From assembly GCA_963666285.1 (NCBI GenBank), contig OY762711.1: DNA of 64,000 bases. One strand, given 5' to 3'. The DNA is from Sedimentisphaerales bacterium. GTDB lineage: Bacteria; Planctomycetota; Phycisphaerae; Sedimentisphaerales; SM23-30. The translations under genes and the position numbers were made by a program. Shown here one piece after another: positions 39,721-49,946 of this stretch; the stretch's first letter is position 1, and each line of letters opens with the position of its first letter. The notes below the pieces were generated by a model. That model saw nothing but the letters and a program-made list of their open reading frames with translations, did not search any database and was not told the origin of the DNA.

Positions 39721-41805
39721 TTATTTCAGTATATCAATCACAACTGCACTACCCGCATAATTACCCTCAGGCAGAGTAACTGTTTTTATATATTCTTGAC
39801 CTTTATAACGAATCTTCACCACCACACACTTTTCCTTGCGCGACGGATCGGCTATATTCAGAAACAGCTCTTTATCTTCGCCTGTTACAAGCATTGCAAC
39901 ACAAGGCTTATCTACCGAAATACTGTTATCATGCCAGGTAAGTTTCGCCGGCTTATAAAACACCGCCATAATACTCCCATCCGAACTAACCGCCTGGATA
40001 GAACCGCTATTGGAAAGAATAATGGTTTTATCCTCCGGCAATTTGATTACCGGCTGAACAACATAACAGTATTTTGCCCCTTGCGGCTTTTCCCCGTGGT
40101 CGATATACAGCTTGAAAATGTCGTGGTCGATTTTCCTGTCACTTTTCTCAGCTGCTATCATCTTCCAGCTGCCGGACTGCTTACCGCACTCCAGCTTCAC
40201 ATCCTGCTTCTCCGGAAAACTGTAAACAAAACCACCATGCTGAACTAAATGATCGACTTCTACAACAAACGAACCGTATTCTAAAATCCTGCCTTTCAGC
40301 TGATCGACCAGACTGTCCTTATCCAAATGACATTGGTTGATTGTAGTATATATTTTATCTTCACTTGCACTTGTAATACCAGACCCCAAACAAACCAGCA
40401 CATCACCGCAGGCAAACCACGCTTTTTTGGCAGCCACCCCCTCAACATCATAATCCATCACACAAAAACCGTTTTCGCCATCGCTTAGCCCGCCCACAAA
40501 AGGCTGCATATTACCTTTATTACTCCAGCCGGGCCTTGGCGGTGCATCCTCACTATGAATTAACGTAGCACCCGGTATCTGACGCCAGTCCCATGCCGGG
40601 AAAATATCTTTATATTCATTACCGCTGCTATAAAAAAAGCATGCTCCATCACTGAGAAATCCGCCCAGCTGGTTTTCATTGTTGCCGCCCGCCTCGGTTC
40701 CCAGCACAAAATTTGAGTTCATCTTCACGCTCGCCATGAAATCTTCTCGACGATGCACCATGTAATCCGAACGCCAGAAATATGTATTGCCTGTCAGTTT
40801 ATTCTCCCCATCCCGCGACTGCATCTGGTCCAAATACTGCTGATATTCATTCGAATATTCCGGATCCAGCATCTTCATATATTTGAAACCATTTACCAGC
40901 GAACGAGCTTTAGAATTAGGCTGCCCGGCAAATATCTGCCTGCCGCAGCTGCTGATATCATAAAAATCTTTCCACACCACCCAACGCTGGCCATAAAGCA
41001 GGTAATTACGCATCAGTTCAACCTGTTGTTTATTTTCAAACTCTGTGCCGGACACTACCCATAGCCACTTGGTCATATTACCGACAAATGCCAGGCCATA
41101 ATTACCAAACTGCAGCTGCGGGCCATGCTGATGGAAACTCCAATCCGGCTGCATCCCTTCACCGGTAGTAACTTTCAGCTCATCAAGAATAGACTTTATC
41201 GCTTTCTCTGCCATAGCCCTGTCCTTGACAAACAAAGATCGAACAAATACATTATCACTAAGCCAGATCTTATTCTGACCGGTCATCCTTATCTTTGCCT
41301 GCGACATGATCTTATTGAGTAGAAAATCTCTTTCTTCTCCTGTCGCTTCATCTCCCAGCATAAGCATCAACTGCCCGGCTTGCATCGGCATAAAAATCTG
41401 ATGATGCCACCAGTTATCACTGCGAAGATCTTTTGCCTGCCAGAAACCAATCGCCTTATGTATCGAATCTGAATATTTCTGCTTTTGCCCGACATTCCCA
41501 TCTAACCTACAGGCAACCTGGCAAATTCTGATTATATTATTAATATGAGCGGAACTCGGCCAGAACGATCTCTGCCTGCTTTCATAATCTATACCCGGCC
41601 AGCTGCCGTCCGACCTCTGCTTGCCAACCAGGCTATTAGCTTCGGCTGTCTCCTTTGCCGATGGCGGCTCGTTCCCATGATCACCCGGCTGATAGCCTAA
41701 CGCCAAATGCTGCAGACGCGAATCGATAACAGAAAAATCATCAGCAAAGATCAAAGAATTAAATACAAATACAACCAGTAATATAAAACATATCTTCAGC
41801 TTCAT
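39721..41805 (-). CDS. polysaccharide lyase family 8 (chondroitin/hyaluronate lyase-like)
   Basis: NWWHHQI, TGQNKIW, DWSFHQHGPQLQFGNYG, WDWRQIPG, AKKAWF; signal peptide from MKLK. Confidence 0.9.
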   Translation of the reverse strand: MKLKICFILLVVFVFNSLIFADDFSVIDSRLQHLALGYQPGDHGNEPPSAKETAEANSLVGKQRSDGSWPGIDYESRQRSFWPSSAHINNIIRICQVACRLDGNVGQKQKYSDSIHKAIGFWQAKDLRSDNWWHHQIFMPMQAGQLMLMLGDEATGEERDFLLNKIMSQAKIRMTGQNKIWLSDNVFVRSLFVKDRAMAEKAIKSILDELKVTTGEGMQPDWSFHQHGPQLQFGNYGLAFVGNMTKWLWVVSGTEFENKQQVELMRNYLLYGQRWVVWKDFYDISSCGRQIFAGQPNSKARSLVNGFKYMKMLDPEYSNEYQQYLDQMQSRDGENKLTGNTYFWRSDYMVHRREDFMASVKMNSNFVLGTEAGGNNENQLGGFLSDGACFFYSSGNEYKDIFPAWDWRQIPGATLIHSEDAPPRPGWSNKGNMQPFVGGLSDGENGFCVMDYDVEGVAAKKAWFACGDVLVCLGSGITSASEDKIYTTINQCHLDKDSLVDQLKGRILEYGSFVVEVDHLVQHGGFVYSFPEKQDVKLECGKQSGSWKMIAAEKSDRKIDHDIFKLYIDHGEKPQGAKYCYVVQPVIKLPEDKTIILSNSGSIQAVSSDGSIMAVFYKPAKLTWHDNSISVDKPCVAMLVTGEDKELFLNIADPSRKEKCVVVKIRYKGQEYIKTVTLPEGNYAGSAVVIDILK

Positions 41806-41911
41806 AGTTATAATATACCTCTCTTTACCACAAGGTAACAAACCGTAATCTGTGGATAAGTATTTCTATATCTTCGTGTAGCTGCTTAGGCATGAACATG
41901 GCAAAGTCTGA

Positions 41912-42691
41912 TTAAACAAATACCAGCGGTCTGCCCGTTTCTGGATGTTTGCTTATTATTATATCTTCGTTATACGCCTGCGATATATGTTCAGCCGTTA
42001 TAACTTCTCCCGGTACGCCCGACGCTATCTTCTCGCCCTTATGCATCAATACCAGCTCATCACAATATTTAGCCGCCAGGTTCAGGTCATGCGTAACTAC
42101 CATCACTGCCTTGCCCGCTTGCGACTGCCTTGCCAGCAACGCAAAAAACGATCCCTGATGATGCAGATCCAATCCCGTCGTCGGCTCATCCAGCAAAAGG
42201 ATATTCGGCTCCTGTGCCAGTACCGAACCCAACAGTACCCGCTGCTGCTCACCACCGCTCAACTGGGCAATATCCCGACCGCGAAATTCCAATACCTCCG
42301 CCTCGGCCATTGCCTGCTCAATTACCTCTCTGTCATGGGCACTGCTAAAGCCAAAGCCTTTCAAATGGCAGTACCTGCCCATCGCCACAACCTGCTCAAC
42401 TGAATATCCGGACACAATATTTACATGCTGCGGCATATAGCCCAGCTCCACCGCTACCTCACGACGTGGCATCGTGCTCAGGTTTCGACCTCTTATTTCG
42501 ATCCGTCCGCTGCTAACATTCAATATACCGGCAGCCGCCTTTAGTAGTGTGCTCTTACCGGCTCCGTTAGGCCCTATCACGCCCACCATACGACCGCCAT
42601 GCAGCTCCATCGACACGCCGCGAACTTGCTCAATCTCGCCGTCATAACTGAAACTTAAATTATCAATTGTCAAAAGAGATTCATTTTTCAT
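41912..42691 (-). CDS. iron-chelate/cobalamin ABC transporter ATP-binding protein (BtuD/FecE-like)
   Basis: GPNGAGKST, LSGGEQQR, LLLDEPT, THDLNLA. Confidence 0.9.
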   Translation of the reverse strand: MKNESLLTIDNLSFSYDGEIEQVRGVSMELHGGRMVGVIGPNGAGKSTLLKAAAGILNVSSGRIEIRGRNLSTMPRREVAVELGYMPQHVNIVSGYSVEQVVAMGRYCHLKGFGFSSAHDREVIEQAMAEAEVLEFRGRDIAQLSGGEQQRVLLGSVLAQEPNILLLDEPTTGLDLHHQGSFFALLARQSQAGKAVMVVTHDLNLAAKYCDELVLMHKGEKIASGVPGEVITAEHISQAYNEDIIISKHPETGRPLVFV

Positions 42692-43625
42692 TGATACAGT
42701 TATACAACTCCTCCGCAATCTCTACCATCCTCACACCCGGTCTGTGCAGCAGATTTGCATCTATCAGATACACCATTCCATTTGCAACCGCAGGTACCTC
42801 CAGCGCTTGCCATTGCTTCAGTATCTCATCGCTGCTTTCCGCCAGCAGTTTTGGATCAACCGCCTCTATTATCACATCTGGTGCCCGGCTTATCAGCGAT
42901 TCACGCGAAATATCGGCATAAGGCAAAACGATATCAGAAAATATATTCTCGCCGCCGGCCAGGTGAATCATCTCGGTAAAACAGGTATCATTACCCGCTG
43001 TCGATAAGTTATTCAAAGTACCAGGCTTACGACCCAGACACAGAAATACCTTACGCCTTTTAACAACATCACCGCTCCTGTCCACCAGCCTTTTGCGAAT
43101 ATCCGTCAGACCGTCAAATATATTATTACACAGTTCAACACCCCGCTGCTCGCAGCCCAGTATCTTCGCCGTCAGCAATATCTCCTCATACACACATGCC
43201 AGATTTGACAACTTAAGATGCAGCTGCCGGATATTATTCTCCTCGCAATAATCTGATATTTTCTGGCTCTTACCCAAGGTAATTATCAGATCAGGCGTCA
43301 GCGATGCTATCGCCTCGAAATTCGTGTCAAAAAAACTGCCTACCTTTACCACGGTTTCAACTTCAGGTGGATAATCGCTAAACAGATCTGCTCCCACAAG
43401 CCTGTCCCCGCACCCCAGGGCATATACCAGCTCGGTACCTAAAGGCGTGACCGTAATTATACGCTGCGGAGATGACAAATCACTCACACTACCATAAGTG
43501 TTTTCTAATTCTGTACTTACGGAAATACTATCAGGAGTAGTACTGCTGCCGACCTGCATTATCAATACACCGATAACCGCAAGAACCAATGCCACAATAA
43601 AAGTTTTATCCATTTTCTGGATCAA
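42681..43625 (-). CDS. helical-backbone substrate-binding protein (BtuF-like)
   Basis: QRIIT.TP..TELVYALG.GDRLVG...SDYPPE, NFEAI.SL.PDL, AGGENIF, PAV.NG.VY, RPG.R. Confidence 0.85.
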   Translation of the reverse strand: MIQKMDKTFIVALVLAVIGVLIMQVGSSTTPDSISVSTELENTYGSVSDLSSPQRIITVTPLGTELVYALGCGDRLVGADLFSDYPPEVETVVKVGSFFDTNFEAIASLTPDLIITLGKSQKISDYCEENNIRQLHLKLSNLACVYEEILLTAKILGCEQRGVELCNNIFDGLTDIRKRLVDRSGDVVKRRKVFLCLGRKPGTLNNLSTAGNDTCFTEMIHLAGGENIFSDIVLPYADISRESLISRAPDVIIEAVDPKLLAESSDEILKQWQALEVPAVANGMVYLIDANLLHRPGVRMVEIAEELYNCINEK

Positions 43626-43775
43626 TACACATAACCTTCTAATAATAACATACTTAGCCAGGACAATAAGCAGCCACTTCTACCTGTATTTTACATGCTA
43701 TTATTAGACACGATTATACGTTTTTTTTCAACTGTCAGTTAATTTGCACTGTCATCACACTCTCTTTTGTATATA

Positions 43776-45635
43776 TCATTCAAAAATCTCATCTAAAAAC
43801 GATGTAGTAAACATTACTGTTTTCATATACCACGGATGGAACAGCCAGAAAGAATGCGGAGCATCATCGAGTGTATGAATCTCGCTATAAATCGAATGCT
43901 GATTAAGCTTTTCCACAACCTCATCCCTGCCGGCATGAAATCGCGGCTGAGAACTATTAATAAACAGTATCGGCGGAGATTTTTCATCTACATAATATAG
44001 TGGAGAAGCTTCTTTCCATATCTCAAATATTTCATGATGTCTGCCGCCCAGCCACTTACTCGCCGGTGTTTCCTTCCTCGATGGGTCATCTTCATTTTTG
44101 AGTACTTCCTCACCGGTAAAATCCATAACTCCATCAATATTGATTATAGCGACAATCCGCTTTTTTTCATTTCCACTGCCGTTATCAGTCCCATACGTCA
44201 AACCAACCAGACCCGCAAGCTGGGCTCCGGCTGAACAACCCAGGATAGCCATCCTGTCTGGATCTATTTTATATTCAGCACTATGGTCAACAACCCAGGT
44301 TATCGCATTTTTTATATCTTCTACTGCTGCCGGATATTTCGCCTCCGGTGACAACCGGTATTCTACCGCCACCGCCGCATAGCCATGCTGAGCCAGGTAA
44401 TCTGCCATAGGATACATAAGGCTGCGGTCGCCCGAGCTCCAGCCGCCGCCGTGTATAAGAAAGACCACCGGTTTCGGAGCTTTCACTTTGTCATTAACAA
44501 AAAACAAATCCAATACCAAAACCCGACCGCCAAGATTGGAATATCCTACATCTTTGCACATAATACTGGCCGGATCATATAATGCCGGTTGTATAAATGG
44601 ATAATATTTCCGATATTTTTTCAGCGCACTTTCAAGGGTATAAGATGTATCACGCGGAATGTCAGGCATTATCTGCTTCGGCCGCTCAAACATCATTTCG
44701 GGTAACATAAACGGCTTCAACACTTCCCCGGCACTATACTTTCCAACTTCTTGTTCCGATAATAACCTAAACCATCCAACCCTTTTACCGGTTTTGGCAC
44801 CCGCACCACAATTGCCGCCTTCGACATACGCAACCGTCTGTTCCTTACCCTTATCATTCCAGTTATGCCAGCCTTCCGGACGAATATGGCCGCCCAGCTC
44901 GCATTTCACAAATGCCGTCTTGGCATACTGCCGCCATGGTCGTCCCAGGTAAACCTTATCGACACCATCATCTGCGGTTAATTTGCAATTCAAAAACACC
45001 AGACCATACGGACGGCCCTGCGGGGTACTTGCCGCAGTAATGTAGGAATTCTGCTTGCTGTGTATAACACAATTTTCAAAAAGTGCCGTTGCCTGACCAA
45101 AAATATAATCAGTTGTTCCCTCGATATAACAATTAATATAATGCTGACGGGTATTTGCTCCGTCAACATACAAGGTGTCCTGGTTACCGATAAACCTGCA
45201 ATTTTCAAAAACACAGCGGTCCGACTCGACCGCAAGAGCCACTGCCTGACCTACTCTGCCGGCATTATTTTCAACTACAACGTTCTTCATCCTGAAATTA
45301 TCTGACTGAACCAGCATCGTTGCTGTATGAAATGTACTGTTTCGACCGCGGTCAATTTTATCAAAATAATCATCCCACCGTATAACAACTTCTCCGGCTG
45401 ACCGTCCTATAATAGTCAGGTTATTATTCCAGCTATGCACTTTTACCTTTTCTTGATAAGTCCCGTTCTCTAGATAAATCGTAACTGATTTATCTGGAAA
45501 GGCTTTTGTACCGTCTATCGCAGCCTGTATCGAAGAAAAATCAGCTGTGCCGTCCAATGCAACATGAATTTCTGTCTGATACTGCCCACACACTATTGAA
45601 CATAACACAAAGAGAAGAATATTAATTAGTTTCAT
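43776..45635 (-). CDS. pectin methylesterase (CE8) fused to an alpha/beta-hydrolase esterase
   Basis: QAVAL, GNQDTLY, IEGTTDYIFG, LGRPW in the N-terminal half; HGGGW, GCSAG, HSFW in the C-terminal half. Confidence 0.9.
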   Translation of the reverse strand: MKLINILLFVLCSIVCGQYQTEIHVALDGTADFSSIQAAIDGTKAFPDKSVTIYLENGTYQEKVKVHSWNNNLTIIGRSAGEVVIRWDDYFDKIDRGRNSTFHTATMLVQSDNFRMKNVVVENNAGRVGQAVALAVESDRCVFENCRFIGNQDTLYVDGANTRQHYINCYIEGTTDYIFGQATALFENCVIHSKQNSYITAASTPQGRPYGLVFLNCKLTADDGVDKVYLGRPWRQYAKTAFVKCELGGHIRPEGWHNWNDKGKEQTVAYVEGGNCGAGAKTGKRVGWFRLLSEQEVGKYSAGEVLKPFMLPEMMFERPKQIMPDIPRDTSYTLESALKKYRKYYPFIQPALYDPASIMCKDVGYSNLGGRVLVLDLFFVNDKVKAPKPVVFLIHGGGWSSGDRSLMYPMADYLAQHGYAAVAVEYRLSPEAKYPAAVEDIKNAITWVVDHSAEYKIDPDRMAILGCSAGAQLAGLVGLTYGTDNGSGNEKKRIVAIINIDGVMDFTGEEVLKNEDDPSRKETPASKWLGGRHHEIFEIWKEASPLYYVDEKSPPILFINSSQPRFHAGRDEVVEKLNQHSIYSEIHTLDDAPHSFWLFHPWYMKTVMFTTSFLDEIFE

Positions 45636-45993
45636 ATATAAACTCCTTCTAAACAGTCTTAATATAAGAGCCGGATATCTAAATTATATAGGGTATCAAA
45701 AGTGGATACAACCGCATAATCGTTACAACCGTTGCATGCGGTGCAATCTCAGCCATCAAACCAATCCGTTTATATTATTACCACAACTATTTTTTTAAAC
45801 AAAATGTATCATTATTAACTCATTATGGCTCAATTCAGTGTCGATTGAATATATTGTTACAAAAGCAGATCTTCTGTTTATATAGTAAATGTTTTTCATT
45901 TACTTATTGGAGTTACTTAAATAAAGCTCTAAGCAAAGGTCAAGGAGAAAACATTGCGAACAAATTATTCAGTTTCGCGGAGGTTAAAATAAC

Positions 45994-46752
45994 ATGCGTA
46001 AAAGAAAATTCGTTGTAGGTAGAGAGACACAAAACTTGTTACACACTGCATTGATGAAAAAGATGCCTCTTACCATAACAAAAAAACATGGCGACGATTG
46101 GGAAATGTATAAATCCCATATTATTTCGATACAGGGTCATAGAATGGTTATCACTCTGCCTTTCGGCCGTGAAGATCAGCCTCCGATGGAACCGGGAAAA
46201 GGGCAGGAGCTGGCAATCACTTTCAAAAAAGGGTATAACAAATGCCTGTTCACCAGCCGAATCATTTCTCAGAGCAGAACCGAAATCGATCCGGGCCAGT
46301 ATATCGACACCCTCATAATATACGTGCCGGAACAAATCGAAAAGATCCAACGCCGTGTTTACGAACGTACAAATGTTCCTGAAGGCGAAACTATCACTGT
46401 TACCTTCTGGGCCATTCATGACAGCAGCGAAAAATATTCCGGATCACTCAACGACCTGTCAGGCGGAGGTATTGGTGTCGATGTGAATGAAAATGTCGAC
46501 CCGGCAATCGAACCGGAACAGCATTGCAATGTTCAGTTTGTCCCACTGCCGGGCCACGAACCTATCATAGCAACCGCTATTTACAGACATATAACCAACC
46601 CGGAAAATGGCAAACGCACGATCGGTTTCCAGTTTATCGGCCTGGAAAACACCGAACAGGGTCGCATGGTCCTTAGGAGAATTGGACGGGTAATTACAAT
46701 CTACGATAGAAGAAATAATATCGCAAAGAATAGATTCATCTATCAACATTAA
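45994..46752 (+). CDS. YcgR-like PilZ-domain (flagellar brake) protein
   Basis: QRRVYER (RxxxR) and DLSGGG (DxSxxG) after a YcgR-like N-domain. Confidence 0.85.
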   Translation: MRKRKFVVGRETQNLLHTALMKKMPLTITKKHGDDWEMYKSHIISIQGHRMVITLPFGREDQPPMEPGKGQELAITFKKGYNKCLFTSRIISQSRTEIDPGQYIDTLIIYVPEQIEKIQRRVYERTNVPEGETITVTFWAIHDSSEKYSGSLNDLSGGGIGVDVNENVDPAIEPEQHCNVQFVPLPGHEPIIATAIYRHITNPENGKRTIGFQFIGLENTEQGRMVLRRIGRVITIYDRRNNIAKNRFIYQH

Positions 46753-46786
46753 AAAATATGCAATAAAAACCTATCTCAACATAGCG

Positions 46787-46817
46787 AAAAACAGGCCCGG
46801 AGTTTGGGCCTGTTTTT
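46787..46817. terminator. bidirectional intrinsic terminator
   Basis: AAAAACAGGCCC-GGAGTTT-GGGCCTGTTTTT between convergent genes. Confidence 0.85.
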
Positions 46818-46880
46818 ATTTTAAATCTGCTTTTCCGCAGGTGACACATACTAATCAACTGGACTATCAACGGATAATGG

Positions 46881-49211
46881 TTAATTTACATCATAAGACG
46901 GCGGTACATAACCTTTCGCCCAGTCCGTATCCGGCTCGGTTGACATTATAAATTCCAGCTTGTTCTTTTTCTTACTGGCAAGTTCTTCCAGCGTAAGCCA
47001 GGTCTTACCTGCCTCGCTGCCGTTAAGCTTCATCGAGGTTATATATGGTGCTTCATGACCGGCATTATCAGCTGTTATTACCACCTGACTGCCGTCACCA
47101 AGATTAAGCGTAACTTTAGGAAACAGCGGACCGGTCACAGAAAAACCACCAACGCCCGGTATCTCAGGATACAATCCCAGCGATGCAAATATATACCATG
47201 CCGACATCGCGCCGCTGTCATCATCACCCGGTATCCCCTTAACCTTATTAAAGAATGATGCATCCATAACACGACGCATCTGGTTCTGAGCCTTCCACGG
47301 TGCTCCCATCCAGTTATAAACCGGTACGATACCAAAGCACGGCTCATTACCGGCCAGGTATTTCGGATTACCATAATCATAGCCAAACGCTATCTCCGAC
47401 ATCAGCTTATCCAGACGCTCCTGGGCTGCTTCATTTCCGCCAATTTCATTTACCAGTTTGCCCAGGTTATGCGGGATACCCCAGGTATAATGGGTCGAGG
47501 TGCCTTCCTGGCAGCCATCGTTACTAAACGGGTTAAAATCTTCTTTCCAACTGCCGTCTCTCATCCTGCCCCAGATATATTTCTTTTCCGGGTGCAATAT
47601 ATTAAATATACTCTGTGAACGAATCAGAAAATATTCATAGCTCTCCTCATCACCAATAGTCTTTGCCATCTGCGCAATTGAAAAATCAGCTGATGCATAT
47701 TCGACATTCTGTGATACCGGGCAATGAATATTAACATCATAAGGATAATAGCCATATCGCTTGTATTCCGGCAGACAGCCCCAGGTATAATGAAGGTTAC
47801 GACCCCAGTATCGATTATTCGTACCGGAATCGATCATAACTTTTGTCAGACCGTCAACGTCAAAATCCTTCGCGCCAAACGCGTAAGCACTGGCAATAAA
47901 CGGCGCCGCCGGATAACCTGCCATTATCAAAGTCTCATCATTAAACATACTCCATAACGGCAGACCGCCTCCGCCATTATATTCTGTCTGCTGCGAGGTC
48001 TCCAGCATCGTCTGGCAGAAATCGCTCGCAGCCTCCGGGTAGAACAAGCCCCAGAGCTGAGCCTGGGTACGATAGGTATCCCACCCGGAAAATGTACTGT
48101 AAGCATGATGTCCCGGTCGAACGGTATGAACTTTGTCATCCATACCGATATACTCGCCATTTACATCATCAAAGATATTCGGTAATACAACTGAATGATA
48201 CAGTGCCGTATAGAAAATAGTCTTATCATCCTCGCTGCCGCCTTCGATCTGAATTTTATTCAACACATCATTCCAACCGTCTCTGGCTGCATTCTTGACC
48301 GTGTCAAAACACCAGCCCGGCATCTCTGTCGCCAGGTTGAGCCTGGCATTTTCTTCACTGACATATGATATGCCGGTTTTCATCAAAACATCGCTGGCGG
48401 CAAAACTTACATAGGCCGCTATATCATTGCCTTCGGCTGTGTATGCTCCGGCCATATTCTCAGAGCCCTTCCAAATGCCATAGCCTTTGAATTCATTGTT
48501 AAATACAGTATTGAAATAGATCACATAGTCACATTTCTTCTGATGACAGAAACCGCCGCCCCTGACCCAGCCGGAAACTGTCCGTGTTTCAGGATCAATT
48601 GTTATTTTACCATCTCTCATACCGTTTGCCGATGCGGTCGGATCAAAAATAACATGCGCCGAATCTGTATCCCCATACTCAAACTTCGCCATGCCGCAGC
48701 GAGTCGTTGCTGTCAGCTCGGTTTTTACATTATACCGGTCGAGCATCACGGAATAATAGCCCGGAGAGGCACTTTCCTTTTCCTTACTGAACTTCGAACT
48801 GTAAACATTCTTATCTGACGCCGGTGAAGCTTCCAGCGAACCGGTAACAGGCATAAACGGCAGCTCACACACCGCCTCACAGCCCACACCGCTTATATGC
48901 ACCAGGCCGAAACCGCGAATCTGGTCACAGGTGCGGTCATATCCGCTGCCGTGATTGCGAACAGTTGAATGCGGACTGAATGACAGCATACCAAACGGCA
49001 TCTGGGCTCCGGGGTAAGTAGAACCGGAACCTCTGGCTGTACCGATAAATGGATTTACATATTCTGACCAGTCTGGAACAGACGTCTTTTTACCAGATGC
49101 TGATTTCGATGAATCTATTGTACAGCCGGCAATAAAAATTACTACAGATAGAAACACTGCAATAATACAAACGCGCAAGGCCTTCTCGGCCCGAATACTT
49201 AATTCTTGCAT
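46881..49211 (-). CDS. GH92 family glycoside hydrolase (alpha-mannosidase-like), probable lipoprotein
   Basis: YVNPFIGT, YPGAQMPFGM, FYTALYH, WDTYR, GNEP, GDDDSGAMSAWY; lipobox IAGC. Confidence 0.93.
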   Translation of the reverse strand: MQELSIRAEKALRVCIIAVFLSVVIFIAGCTIDSSKSASGKKTSVPDWSEYVNPFIGTARGSGSTYPGAQMPFGMLSFSPHSTVRNHGSGYDRTCDQIRGFGLVHISGVGCEAVCELPFMPVTGSLEASPASDKNVYSSKFSKEKESASPGYYSVMLDRYNVKTELTATTRCGMAKFEYGDTDSAHVIFDPTASANGMRDGKITIDPETRTVSGWVRGGGFCHQKKCDYVIYFNTVFNNEFKGYGIWKGSENMAGAYTAEGNDIAAYVSFAASDVLMKTGISYVSEENARLNLATEMPGWCFDTVKNAARDGWNDVLNKIQIEGGSEDDKTIFYTALYHSVVLPNIFDDVNGEYIGMDDKVHTVRPGHHAYSTFSGWDTYRTQAQLWGLFYPEAASDFCQTMLETSQQTEYNGGGGLPLWSMFNDETLIMAGYPAAPFIASAYAFGAKDFDVDGLTKVMIDSGTNNRYWGRNLHYTWGCLPEYKRYGYYPYDVNIHCPVSQNVEYASADFSIAQMAKTIGDEESYEYFLIRSQSIFNILHPEKKYIWGRMRDGSWKEDFNPFSNDGCQEGTSTHYTWGIPHNLGKLVNEIGGNEAAQERLDKLMSEIAFGYDYGNPKYLAGNEPCFGIVPVYNWMGAPWKAQNQMRRVMDASFFNKVKGIPGDDDSGAMSAWYIFASLGLYPEIPGVGGFSVTGPLFPKVTLNLGDGSQVVITADNAGHEAPYITSMKLNGSEAGKTWLTLEELASKKKNKLEFIMSTEPDTDWAKGYVPPSYDVN

Positions 49212-49328
49212 ATTAAACCTCTACTATTGTGTTAACATAGATAAAAAAGACAAACAGAATTGTCTTTGCTATCTATTTTTGCTTTGAGTAATATGATAGT
49301 AACAATCTGCCCAATCATCAATAGTTAA

Positions 49329-49483
49329 CTTTCGCAGTTTTTAAGATGCAATAACGAAGTGCCTTTGGTAAATCGCCTAAAAGGGCCTTCCTGCAAATAC
49401 CTTAAATTTTCACTTTTCGTTATTAATTTTCACTAAATTGCCCTGTTCCGGCCTTTGCGTATAATGCTGAACAGTCAAAAGTG
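49329..49483. repeat. dispersed intergenic repeat, copy B (66 bp longer than copy A)
   Basis: Matches 20420-20510 on both sides of a 66-bp segment bounded by GGCCTT direct repeats. Confidence 0.75.
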
Positions 49484-49946
49484 CGCCATGCATATGATGC
49501 AAAGCATAAACCGCACCAATATAAAACGTCGGAAAAAAATTAGCGACCACTTTTAATATAAATGGAATTAGCGGGTTTTTCACATTAAGGTCTCATAATT
49601 ATTTTAAAAATATATAACATATAGAAATTATAAATGAAATATTACAATAATATTAATAGTACCATACTGACATTAATGTTGAAAATAATATAACACAAAA
49701 TTTAACAAAAAGCCTTATAGTTTCAACGAAATAACGAAATAAATGCAACTTAAAATAAAAGTTTAATAAAAAAACAAAAATACTCATTTTCACCAGAAGT
49801 TCAAGTAATGGTTTTCCCAGCTAGTAACAGAGTCTTAAATATGACAGGTATTATCTTAACCTGCATTTCAAATATATCGATTAATCATTGGACAAGAGAG
49901 AAAAATATAAACACCTATGATAATACCTACACAGAAGGAGATGTTA

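Noticed and set aside
45705..45750. LacI-like operator TACAACCGTTGCA upstream of the pectin esterase gene
   Set aside because: The spacing is one base short of the usual LacI palindrome and no LacI gene is in the window; too weak to call.
49400..49445. c-di-GMP-I riboswitch look-alike (minus strand GGGCAA..GAAA..AACGAAAAG)
   Set aside because: Key conserved bases and the P3 stem are missing, it points away from the MCP gene, and it lies inside the dispersed repeat.
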